The notes beneath the pieces are model-generated. The model saw only the letters and a program-made list of their open reading frames with translations. It searched no databases and was not told where the DNA came from. Shown in pieces: positions 25,735 to 37,639 of a stretch of 64,000 bases of DNA; the stretch's first letter is position 1, and the number at the start of each line of letters is the position of its first letter. A program made the translations under genes and the position numbers. Source of the DNA: Octopus bimaculoides (taxonomy: Eukaryota); contig NC_068982.1 of assembly GCF_001194135.2 (NCBI RefSeq), positions 10,607,622-10,671,621 of the forward strand, read 5' to 3'.

Positions 25735-26582
25735 CAGGTCTTTTGTGTTCAAGGCCAGAAAAGAGCTGCTGGCCTTTGGCGGAAATGCGTCTTCCGTGAC
25801 GAAAAGAAAAAAAAGTCATTCTTGACGGTCAGACATTGTCTGAAAAGCCAATTGTCTAGAATGTCACGATCATCATACCGACAAGTTACTGAAGGCTCTT
25901 AACAATCATCGCAATGTATCGATTCACTTATGGTGCTCTAAGACATCAAGTAGTAATCCTGTTAATAGAAGAAAATAATTCATGTAGGACAAGACCCGGA
26001 AGCAGCATTTGATCTGCTCGACACGCATGAGGTCTCTAGCTCCCCGAAGTGCCTGACATGCTCTGTTCCTTCCAAGACGAGAACTTTGTCTGACAGAAAA
26101 ATGGAAAAGTCGAATGACAAATAGCTATGTGCTTATTCCACTGAACTCCCGTTTCTTGTGCACACCAACTTCAAATCTTTTGTGATGGTGTTGGGGTTCC
26201 TTTATCCCAGTCTTAGGTTCAATACAGTAGCCTACATTGAGACAGTGGAGATGGTTTCCATGCTCAGGATCGAGACAGTTGTTCAGAGGAGGCTCTGTGT
26301 GTTCTAACAACACTCTGCTCCCTCTCGCACAGTCTGAACGACCCAAATGTTCATGCCCGACAAATATCATAACATTTGACCTCCTAACTCCCGTGATTTA
26401 AAGCCATTAGACTACAACGTCTGAAGCGTCTTTGAGAGAGACTAAAAAGCATGCCCACGATATCAAGAACTCGTTGTCTAGTATTTGAGATATTACGTAC
26501 AACATGAATAACGATCACCCCATAAACCATTTTAAAACAAATATGGAGGCAGTAATCACGGCTGGTGCCGATTTTACGGAAT
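25735..26582 (+). pseudogene. Tc1/mariner (maT/DD37D-like) transposase remnant
   Basis: RSFVFKARKELLAFGGNASSVTKRKK at 25735; TELPFLVHTNFKSFVMVLG..LRFNTVAYIE..CVF*QHSAPS...*PPNSRDLKPLDYNV*...MEAVITAGADFTE* at 26137-26582. Confidence 0.75.
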
Positions 26583-27189
26583 AGCCTCTTACTGTGTCTA
26601 TGTAAGAATATGAGTACCAAATGTTATACAAATATATTTATTTTTCTATTAGGTTTTCATATTTTAACATTTAGCTCTCGAATAACTGACGCACATTTTA
26701 TATACATATTTACATACATGCACACACACAAACATATCTATATGTGAATGTTTGTTTGTGTGTATGTACACCAACACGCCATGCTTCTATTCCACACCAC
26801 CCACGCTCAAGTCAATCGCCTTGAGCAGGAAACAAAGCGCATCTAACTACGTGGGCTACGATACGTGACACTTTTCAACACAGAACAATACGCAAACAAC
26901 ACCTGTATAGTAAGCGTACGCAGCTTATATAGCAGCGTGCAGGTAGAAAGCCTTCAACATTGTTTACGAACAATTAATGTTCACATTCTCCCATAAGAGA
27001 AATGGTGCGTTTTGTGTATTATTTGAATTTGTGGAATAATTAATTGCTTGAGACCACTTGAAACTTATTTACTTTCCTCATGCATCTCTGAATCTATGTG
27101 TGTATGAGAGAATGCGCGCAATCATACATACATACATACATACATACATACATACATACATACATACATACACACATACATACATACAT

Positions 27190-27340
27190 ACTCCTGTTTC
27201 TTTCTGTATTCCTTTCTGTGGAAGAGCGTAGGCTCGAAATGTTAAAGACTTTTTCACTTCCCGAGAGTTAAACTAATGCATCTGTTTTTTGTCTATACAA
27301 CCTGTCTTCATCTTTTGTTTTTTTATGAATTCTCGCCCTA
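27190..27340 (+). mobile_element. Family H1 copy with variant hammerhead core
   Basis: cttt-CTGTGGA-a-GAGCgtagGCTC-GAAA-tg-TT-aaag (core from 27216), same downstream segment as 3390-3487. Confidence 0.7.
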
Positions 27341-27383
27341 CATAGAAATATATATATATATGGAGAGAGAGAGAGAGAGAAAG

Positions 27384-27455
<72 letters not shown>

Positions 27456-27545
27456 GAAAACTATGTATACGCCTACGTATGTAAGTATATATGTGTATTT
27501 TATATGTCTAGATAGAAAAAAAATAGATGTTTTTGTAAATACATA

Positions 27546-27746
27546 GAGTAATCCCTCGACTATCGTTACGTCCCAAAATCTCCCAAAGAAATAATTAAAA
27601 TCTTAAAAAATATTAATACCTATCGGCCGCAGAAACCTGCGATATACTGAGGAGTCCGCGATATAAATTTACATGGATCAGCCAGAAAAATCCGCAATAT
27701 ACTGAGTGCGCGATAAGTGAACCGCGATATTGCGCGGGATTTCTGT
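27546..27746. mobile_element. pogo/Tigger-like MITE, decayed
   Basis: TA-flanked imperfect TIRs gagtaatccctcgactatcg / cgatattgcgcgggatttctg and internal ccgcgatatactgag-type subrepeats. Confidence 0.5.
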
Positions 27747-28149
27747 ATATAAATGAATGCCTATATATGTATCAAATATATTCAAGCCCCTGAACGTTTG
27801 CATATGTATTATATGTAACACACATANNNNNNNNNNNNNNNNNNNNNNNNNNNNNNNNNNNNNNNNNNNNNNNNNNNNNNNNNNNNNNNNNNNNNNNNNN
27901 NNNNNNNNNNNNNNNNNNNNNNNNNNNNNNNNNNATATATATAAATATATATATACATATGCGTTTGCGGGTATGTGTGCGTGTGTGTTTTGTGTGTGCA
28001 TGTGTGTGTGTGTCTGTGTGTGTTTGTGTGTGTTACTTTGGTTCCCATCCACTTCCTCACGCCTCCCCAGCACCTTGTACCTCCGCCCATACCATGCCTA
28101 TGATCTCTTCTACCCACATCTTAGCTCTCCTCGAACCCACACACATATT

Positions 28150-28275
28150 CATTTCTTTATTGCCCACAGTGGGCTGCACACGGAGGGGACAAACAAGGAC
28201 AGACAGTGCATCACTGTTACTTATTTAATCAACACCGAACGGATGAAAGGCAAAGTCGTCATCGTCGACGGAATA
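28150..28275 (-). mobile_element. SINE family A long-tail fragment
   Basis: atttctttattgcccac...gaggggacaaacaaggacagac...ggatgaaaggcaaagtcg. Confidence 0.8.
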
Positions 28276-28758
28276 TTAACGCACATACACAGAAGCTAAG
28301 TCCCACCCATCGCTCTATACATTCACACCAGTACTAACAGAAGCCCACCCCCACCCTCACGCACAGGTACCATCCACTCACAGCCTTCAGCTTCTGGCGC
28401 TCCGGTTATATTCGACAACGAAGAATCTACACCTTTTATTTATTTTTTTTCTTTTCTACTTCGACACCTCCGCTTCACGTACACCATTGTTTCCTTAATA
28501 TAGAAACACACACACACACACACACACAAACACAGATACANNNNNNNNNNTATATATATATGTATATATATATATATACACATTTGTATGTACGTATATA
28601 TGTATATATGTATGCGTGTATGTATGTATATATATATGTATATATATGTATATATATAGAGAGAGAGAGTTGTATATATGTATATATGCATGCATGTATG
28701 AATGTATATATGTATGTATATATGTATGCGCGTATGTATCTATATAGATATGTCTATA

Positions 28759-28793
<35 letters not shown>

Positions 28794-28837
28794 CTGTATC
28801 TATATATGCATGCATGTATGTATGTATGTATATGTGA

Positions 28838-28903
<66 letters not shown>

Positions 28904-29357
28904 CTGTGTGTGTGTTTGTGTGTATGTATGTGAAACTTTATTAGTTATAAGATTGCCTGCAGCAATATTCAAAAAGAAAGTCTTTTGTTGATAAACATTG
29001 TACATGATATTTAAATACTGTTATTTTCTAAGTTATCTCTGAATTTTTTTAAAAACCTGTCTGTAATGCAAAATATCATGATTTTTCACACCTGATTCTA
29101 ATGCAATACACCCCAAGAAAGTTTTGATAAACAAGACTGCTAGACTGAAAATTTTGAATAAGTCTCACAGAAATATAAAACGAAATATTATAGTAGCAGT
29201 ATAATAGTGTTTATCTTTAAAAATATAAATGCAAATCAGTTGTAATCAACATCAGCTAAACAATGTTACCCACGCCAGAGAAAAAAAAACATATAATAGA
29301 GAAAGCAGGAAGTGCAATAGTTTTTATACATAGAGATTTATTTAGCTACGTCCGCAA

Positions 29358-30030
29358 AATATTCTCTTCTACTCTAGGTACAAGGGCCGAAATATTTGGA
29401 GTGGTGGGGGACAATCGATTAGATGAACACCAGTAAGCAACTGGTACTTAATTTATTGACCCCGATAGGATGAAAGGCAGAGTTGACCTCGGCGGAATTT
29501 TAACTCAGAACATAAAGACAGACGAAATACCGCTAAGCATTACGTCCGGCGTGCTAACTTTTCTTATTTCTTTATTGCCCACAAGGGGCCAAACACAGAG
29601 GGGACAAACAAGGACAGACAGAGGGATTAAATCGATTACATCGACCCCATTACATGCGTAACTGGTAATTAATTTATCGACCTCAGAAAGATGAAAGGCA
29701 AAGTCGACCTCGGCGGAATTTGAGCTCAGAACGTATCGGTAGACGAAATACCGCTACGCATTTCGCCCTGCGTGCTAATGTTTCTGCAAGCTCGCCGCCT
29801 CCCAAACGCGAAATATTCTTTTCTACTCTAGGCACAAGGCCCGAAATATTTGGCGAGGGGCCAGTCGATTAGATCGACACCAGTACGCAACTGGTACTTT
29901 ATTTATCGATCCCCGAAAGGATGAAAGGCTAAGTTGACCTCGATCAAATTTGAACTCAGAACATAAAGACAGACGAAATACCGCTTAGCATTTCGCGCGG
30001 CGTGCTAACGTTTCTGCCAGCTCGCCGCCT
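29358..30030 (-). mobile_element. Three tandem SINE family A units (dimer 29358-29800 plus monomer 29818-30030)
   Basis: Three Nin-like domains; monomer flanked by 16-bp direct repeat ccaaa(c/t)gcgaaatatt at 29802-29817 and 30032-30047. Confidence 0.92.
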
Positions 30031-31024
30031 ACCAAATGCGAAATATTAAGTAGATGTTGAAGCAGGAGAAAATCTAACTTTCAACAGCTACCATTGCAGC
30101 TTTTAACTAAATGCCCAAACACCACTCGTGACTACTTTAGCTCCTTTCATAACAAAGAAAGTAAACTTTTGAATATAACACCAATTATGGAACTTCGACT
30201 TAGTTACGTAACCAGCTGGAAATATTGCTGAAACCAGAGCTTATAATCTTAAAAGTGGAAAGCTATATAAAATAATGCAGTTGTAGATGCAAAGGGAGTA
30301 TGATCAAGACGAGAAAGTCTTTAATAATTGTTCTGTTCATTCGTGGTTGGCTTCAGATTACGCAGCAGTAGTAATAAAATTACGCCACAAGAAACAAAAC
30401 CAAAACTTAACAGAGTAAATAAACCGAAGAATAACAGAAAACTAACAAAAACAAAAAAAATTGATATACAAGGTAATTCATCACCAGCATCATCATCATC
30501 CTCATCGTCATAAACTCTTTAGGCAGATTAATCTTCTGAGACATTTCTTTTCAAAATTCACGCATGGACAATTTAGTTTTGCGTTAGCCGCTTTCACCAG
30601 ATGTTCAATATCCTTACTATAGGTCATGCTGTGCTACCATTCAAAAATCCAGACAATAACATTGATTAATAAATGCGTATTTAGCTATGCAATCAAAGTT
30701 CTACATATTACCTGATGTACTTAAGGATTGTTCAAATTGTTCTGTGCTTCATATCAAAATGCCCTAAATAGAGTCAGCAATAATTTTTCATTGTCTTCAA
30801 CGAAATAATTGGTTGTATTTGTATTATATCCATTCTGACATATCGATATGCCATCCGTAATTGAATACTTTCAGCGGCACCTTTATGATCACATTGATAA
30901 CGAAGATGGAAAAGAAAACTATTTGAAAATAGTTGGACAGGTGCCGGTGTGGGGTGGGGTAAGTTGGACAGGTGTAAGTGTGAGGGTGGCTTTGCTTCCT
31001 AGTCACATGCTTGCGAGGTCAGTC

Positions 31025-31395
31025 CCACTCTATGACATCTTAGATAAGTGTCTTCTACTATAGCCTTGGACAGACTTATGCTTTGTTAATGAATTTGGTA
31101 GACGGAAATTGAAAGAGGCCCGTCGAACATATATGTATGCATGCATGTGTGTATGTATGTATGTATGTATGTATGTATGTGCGTGTGTGTGAGTGTGTGT
31201 ACCCCACCACTGCTTGACAACCAGTGTTCGTGTCTTTACGTTCCTGTAATATAGCGGTTGGGTAATAGAGACCGATGGAATAAGTACTTGGCTTTAAAAA
31301 ATAAGTGCTTAGGTCGATTAGCTCGACTAAAAACCTTCAAGTCGTTGCCCCAGTATGGCCGCAGTCTACTGAGTGAAACAAGTAAAAAATAAAAA
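31025..31395 (+). mobile_element. SINE family B, diverged
   Basis: aagtgtcttctactatagcc...tttggtagacggaaattgaaag...gagaccgatggaataagtac...tatggccgcagtc...gaaacaagtaaa. Confidence 0.85.
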
Positions 31396-31668
31396 GATTT
31401 CATCTTACATTTTGACAAACAATTCAGAAGAAACAGGTGTTCAACCAAATCTCTGATAACATCTTGTATTTTTACACATCAAAGGATTATTGAAGAATCC
31501 GATAGACATAGAGCGAATGAATAGTTATTTCTTTGTCACATATTAAATAATATTTGATAGCGCACACAGCGGTTTCCTGGAAATCCATTGAAAATGAAAG
31601 CGTAGAAAGCAACAGGTGTACGAATGTCGGTTGTGCAGTCAAACGAATTTGGAATATGAACAACACTT

Positions 31669-31822
31669 TACATTATTTACATTATTTACATTTGACAGAT
31701 ATTTGTCCTCATCTTGTTTATTGTTAACACCACGTTTCGGCTGATATACCCTCCAGCCTTCATCAGGTACCTTGGGGAAATTTCGAACCTGGGTTCTCAT
31801 TCCAAAAGTATGTTTCGATATT

Positions 31823-31857
<35 letters not shown>

Positions 31858-31973
31858 TATCATTATTATTATTATTATCATTTTTATTATTATTATTCAG
31901 ATCACTGCCTGGAATCGAACTCGGAATCTTGGGGTTAGTAGCCCGCGCTCATAACCCCTACGACATATGCCCG
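31669..31973 (-). mobile_element. Family H2: tRNA-headed SINE-like element with microsatellite linker and hammerhead-containing Penelope-like tail
   Basis: Minus strand: head cgggcatatgtcgtaggggttatgagcgc...gagttcgattcc (A/B boxes), (ATA)/(ATG)n linker, then CTGATGA-a-GGCTG gagggtatat CAGCC-GAAAcgt. Confidence 0.75.
31726..31771 (-). ncRNA. Minimal hammerhead ribozyme motif, probably inactive in this copy
   Basis: Core 31766-31760, 5-bp stem II, GAAA 31738-31735, stem I GGUAC/GUGUU (2 WC + 3 G-U); position 17 is G here but U in the 13094 copy. Confidence 0.7.
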
Positions 31974-32064
31974 TTAACTACAAACAAGATGAGGACAAAT
32001 ATCTGTCAAATGTAAATATTGTAAATAATGTACATAATTCTTCATCTCTTAAATATAGAACTGT
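31974..32064 (+). repeat. Inverted copy of the H2 tail abutting the 5' end of the element
   Basis: ttaactacaaacaagatgaggacaaatatctgtcaaatg...ctcttaaatatagaactg. Confidence 0.85.
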
Positions 32065-34206
32065 ATGAACAACTCTTACTGAGTAAAATCATTTACTGTA
32101 CAGTATTAACTTCAGTATACCTACATTGACAAAGAAATCCTATTAACAATTTCTAAATCCAGTTAACACAAGGCATAACAAATAAGACAGAAATTTAATA
32201 CTCAAATGGTATATATATTGTAATTAAGAGAAAATTTTGGAACTTTCATATGCCGTCTGACACCAGAAAAAAACACTGTAAACGACAGACAAATATCAAG
32301 GAACAAGGTAGAGCATGAAGGAGTTGTTCCACATACAAAAATCTTCATCCCTATAATTACGAAACTGGATAGAATAAAGCATATTCTAAAACGTCATAAA
32401 GATCTGCCCTCAAACAATTTGTATATACTTTATAATATACTATATTATGCTACTAAACTCAGACCATTAACCTTCCTACTGTTTAAACTACTCAAAAACA
32501 AAACGTGAGGACAGAAACGTCAGCATCAATTAATATATTATTCCAATCACTAGAACCGCAACCGGTGGGTAGTTCACGAGCTAAAGAATGCTCTTCAGCT
32601 CATTCGAAATAACAGCAACACGATGTTCAAATGACACACATCATTTTCAAAAGGATTGACAGAACATCTAGTCTTATATACCCTTGCACACCCTTATGTA
32701 CCCAGCCTCCCCCCGAAATAAGCTAGTATATTGCTATGAGCAATGCCTTTTGTCGTAGACATGATCAGAGTTGGCCTTAGGTTAAACAACAGCAAGCGAT
32801 TATGTAACAGACCTGATCATAGCCAATGCCTGTGCAGCAAATTCATGTTTCATGAACGACATTTCTATACGGAAAGGCTATAATGTTGGGTTAAGGTCAT
32901 TGTCGTTTCCATAATTAAAGTCTAAATCTTTATACAAATACAAGTTTTGATAACGTTGTATTATGGCAGTTTCTTTACTTTATTGCATTTAGGTATTTAC
33001 TTTTACATGGCGAGCATATCAGGTGAAAGGCAAAAGAAAAGAAATTAAATAACTTTTACGCTGTAAAGTAACGTTAATCCGCTTAGCCTTGATATAACTC
33101 AGCCATACACAAACCATTTCAATTATGTTGCAGATTACACGAGATCTGTTATGCGCCTGTCTATTAGAATCTGTGCAGAGTGGAGAATTGAGCATATTGC
33201 TGAAAAATGCACGTCAATGACATTCAAAGCAAACGCCGTTTTGAAATGAATTATCGGAGAAAATTTTTCCTAATTACAAATCTAACCAGAAGCTGCAATA
33301 TGTTAAGAAATCGACGTTACATGAAATATTATTATCTATTCATTATTTAGAAAGTAATATACAATTGGCAATTTGCCACAAATAGAAGGATTACAATATG
33401 TTGTAACAGGATTAAGAGACTGACTTTGTATTTATCAAATAACTACGAACATGTATGCAATCCTTTTTTATACAACGGGGATAGTTGCGTGGATAGGGTA
33501 ATGGAAAATGAACTGAGAAGCCGGAGGTTGGTATTCGGTGTTTCCCTCGTTTGCAAAACAATTGTTAAACGTTCAGTCAAACACACTGTTAACACTTAAG
33601 AGCTTGTCGTTCTCAGAAATGACAGAACATTAAAACTAACATGTGAATCACTGGTACTTCTGTGCACAGTTTACCTATCTCCGCTGTTTAATCTATCTCA
33701 GGTCATAACATACCAACAGTCTCGAAATGATTTGCGTTCGATTACTACTGTTCGAGGAACTACAGTAGCCAATTCCCCGCTAGATGGAATATTTTCTATA
33801 CCACAATTTATGGTATTTTCTGCATCTCAATCCATTGTTAAAGGATAGTGTCTTTTAAGTTGAATACAAAAAGAATTTTCACGTATGTAAAGGTGTCAAC
33901 CTCTTGTCAAAGCATGAAAATTTGTAATCTGAATGCGAGGGCGAGACTACATCTACTACAGTAGCTACAAAACTGTATAACATCTATGCTTTTAATTCTT
34001 TTTGTTCAGTCAAAGGACCTGGGTCGGAAATGTTCAATGTTTATACACCTCGCAACAATCAATGTTATAAACATCACATATTGCATTTAGCTTTTATTCG
34101 TAAAGAGGTTCCACGTTACGTACGTTGTAATAGTGATTTCAGCTCAGTGTCTGGTCAAGTAGACAGTTTTTGAGCAGTTACCATCCCATAAACGTCTCCG
34201 CAAACA

Positions 34207-35470
34207 TCTATATACATAAATGTGTAATGGTATCTTTCTTTGTGTGTGTGTGTTTGGGGTTACTCTAACTCCTCCCACACCGTCCAACCGGTTTTAATAA
34301 TTTTTTGCACATAAGCAGATCACATGCCCTGACGTTCAAAGAAGGGAGGAACCTTTCAAAAACCCGAAAATGCTTAATTGGCATCGATGTTTGTGAGCTC
34401 AATCGGGCGTTTGAATGGAAATTCCCATAACAATGAAATGAAAATCGATGAGTGCGCGGAGCTCATGTCAGTGAGTTGATGTCAGTATAGAGCGTTGGCA
34501 CAAAATCGATAATTGCGCCTGAGCAATGGTTTTATAAAATCAATAGGCCTTTTGCATGCAAATACTCATAGGGATTTTATTTTTGGCTGTAATTTTTATA
34601 TTTTTTATCAGATTTTAATGAAATTTGAGATGCAGGTAAATTTTGTGGTGGGGGACACGGTAAAAGTGCTTATTTAATTCAAAAGGGCTTGAAAAGGGCA
34701 CAAATGCAAATAAGCATTTCCTTAGAGACATTCTTATCGACTTTGTAGAAATTTTATGCATGATTACAGTTCACGTCCATTATTTGATGCCAGCATGAAG
34801 AGTTGTCAAAAATCGATAATTGCGCGTGAGCAGGAGATTTTAAGAAATCAATAGGCTGTTTGTATAGTTACCCATAGGATTAATATTTTATGCTGTAACT
34901 TTTGTAGAATTCATCCGATTTTGATGAAATTTGACATTTAGGTAAAGTGCATGGTCCGAGTCATGTAATAGAATTAAAATTAAACTGGTGAAAGGTAGAA
35001 ATCATTAAACTTCACTCACAATAAAATAATGAACTGAGTTTGAAGAAAATTGACCCATGAATAAAATTAAAGACTTCGACATATGAAACATCGATTATTC
35101 ATACAGTGTATTGGGATTTAATAGTCAATGGGATATGTTCATGTACATGGTCACATGGATTCTATTTTATGACATAACGTTAACACTTTTCTTCCGATTT
35201 TGCTGAGATTGAACAATTTTGTACAAAGGGTGGCATTAAGGAGAGAGAAATAAACAAACATCACTCTCAACGGGTCGAGGTACACCCACAAGATTGACTG
35301 CGATTTCAGACGGTCCAGTATGTAGGAGTATGTTGAAAGCGTTAACCGGGTAAAATTCCTGCCGAACCAGATATAGCATCTTAATGGATAATAGAAGGTT
35401 TCAATACAAGGTCAGAGGTGGACTTAACTTCAACACGGAAAACACGAGCAACGCCGGGTCCAACAGCTAG
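34207..35470 (+). mobile_element. Non-autonomous Helitron
   Basis: A|TCtatatacataaa 5' end, subterminal cgagcaacgccggg, CTAG|T 3' end, no TSD; internal diverged ~150-bp direct repeats at 34501-34648 and 34808-34954. Confidence 0.7.
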
Positions 35471-35510
35471 TATATCAGCATATAGACGTACATGCACACA
35501 TGTTCGACAC

Positions 35511-35570
35511 ACAGATACAAATTATTTAAGTATTATATATACAGATACAAATTATTTAAGTATTATATAT
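35511..35570. repeat. Perfect 30-bp tandem duplication
   Basis: acagatacaaattatttaagtattatatat x2. Confidence 0.95.
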
Positions 35571-35591
35571 ACCTATATATGCATATATATG

Positions 35592-35753
35592 CATACGTAT
35601 AAGAAGAGATGACCACTAAGTGGACATCCATTATGCTAGAAATAGATCACCTACAATTCTTGAGAACAATCTTTTCTTTGTGGTCAGATCGTAGGTGATC
35701 TATTTCTAGCATAATAGATGTCCACTTAGTGGTCATCCCTTTTTATACGTATG
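35592..35753. mobile_element. MITE-like hairpin element, ~63-bp TIRs
   Basis: 35592-35654 vs reverse complement of 35691-35753, about 3 mismatches, 36-nt spacer. Confidence 0.85.
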
Positions 35754-36059
35754 TAATATAATTTTTCTGAATTTTCAGATTTTTCTATATGCTAGGCCAC
35801 TGGTTTTAAATTGATGTTAATCAAATTAATATTCAATTTATCACCCTCATTATTTAAAATTTATATATGCATATATAAACACATACATACATACATACAT
35901 ACATACATACATACATGCACTAATGTTTGCATTTGCTTAGCATACAATAAATATGTATAATAGAACAAAAGTACAAGCATGGAAACAACTGGTATCAGGT
36001 CAGACGAAGATATTCATATATTTATACGTTGAAGTAACTTACGGAACAGATTGCCACTA

Positions 36060-36150
36060 AAATGCTTTCTGTCTTCGGAGGACAAGTGACCGATCGAGCC
36101 AACTGTGCATCTATTCTTGAAATAGTCGTAAGGGACTACCTGCACATCGA
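36060..36150 (+). repeat. Short unclassified interspersed repeat (second copy 40462-40542)
   Basis: tcttcggag.acaagtgaccgatcgagccaactg.gcatctatt.t..aaatagt.gtaagggactacct in both copies. Confidence 0.85.
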
Positions 36151-37639
36151 AGGGACTATCTACGACATTACTCAACATATCTCTTTTATTGCTCTCTCAT
36201 GAGGCTAACCCTTCTAGCCTTTATTTCTACTCTCAACTTATAGCAATGTATAAATATGTAAATATCGTAATCCTGACACCTGATTCTAGTTCTTTGCCTG
36301 TTTGTACATTTATTCTATTAGATATATTCCAGCTTGATTGAAACACTGTCGAAAGCCAATCCTCATTGCGCAACTATATTTTCAATTAATTTCTTATCTG
36401 TAATTTTAGAGATGCAGTCTTTCACACCTAACGTGCATTTAATTTATATATACGCCATGCATGATACTATGATATTTTAAATTAAAAACAAAATTAAGGG
36501 AGATATTGCATATTGAAACACTTTCGTAATCTTTATTATTAATGTTTATATGTATGTATCTGTGTATGTAGTATATATCGAGCCATTATTTTCCGTGCAA
36601 TTTGCCCATCAAATAATTCTAAAACACAGTTGATCAAATAATTGAAATGAAAACATTCATACAGAGACAAATTATATTTTAATCACAGCCATAATAAATA
36701 ACAAAGAATATGTTAAGTTTATTCGTTTTAAACAATTGTTAAAAGCAAAGGTTATGATCAATTCTTCAAATTCATAATTAATGTTTCAATAACACTCCTG
36801 GTATTGTGTGTAGCATCATCGTATATTTTATTTTGTTATTTTTCTTTCACTCCAAACCGCAGATTATTTAGTTACAGCCTCTCTAAACACGTATTTCTGC
36901 AAACAATCAATGCATTTCCAATTAATCGAGTGGTGGGAGTGTTACGTTTTGGCAAACCCTACAGAATTTCATTCTATACATTCCGCATATTTTGTGAAAA
37001 ACATGTTGCCCAAGAACATTCCTTCTGCTAAGTCTTCGAATTCAAGTGTCTTCCAAATAATGAACGTTTGTGATTCAAAATGGGAGATATTACTCTCACA
37101 TAATAATTTCACTGTATTAATTAATTTAACTACACATACAAATAAGAATGCCAACATACACAGACAGAAAGTATATTCTTCCTGAACAGGATATTCTTAC
37201 TTTGGTCCCTGACTATGAACTGCGCAAAGAATATATTGTGGAAAATTTGCCTTTCGTATTTCTTTCATGCAAGATTTGAATATTGCTTTCTCAAAACCAA
37301 TGACTATTCCCAATGGTGCATATAAGGCTTCATGTCCCGTAAATGTGCCATTTGGGGGGGGGCGAATACGTAAGGTAATAAGGCAAAGTAAAAAAGGAGG
37401 CAGAAACTTCTTTCTGTTCACGAATGGTATACGACTGGTTAGATACCAAAACTATATATGTATCAGATCATTAAGAAGGAAATGTCCTATTTTCTTATGC
37501 ACCAAGTTAGACATTCGTTAACACTAATGTTTTATCCTGATAATTCTTTGCTTTACATCATTGAGTTACATCATCACTTTCGAAATGCAATTTATGGTGT
37601 CTAATTATATTGTGAGTTTTCGCTTGTAAATGAATTTTT

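Noticed and set aside
31897-31973. tRNA gene
   Set aside because: Has A/B boxes but no closing acceptor stem and continues into a SINE body; all tRNA-like heads here are SINE-derived
32572-32602. CTGAAGAGC...GCTC hairpin on the minus strand as a hammerhead
   Set aside because: GAAA and stem III missing
36804-37521. Cluster of 60-90 aa ORFs upstream of the mariner
   Set aside because: No recognisable motif or consistent splice structure; within chance expectation
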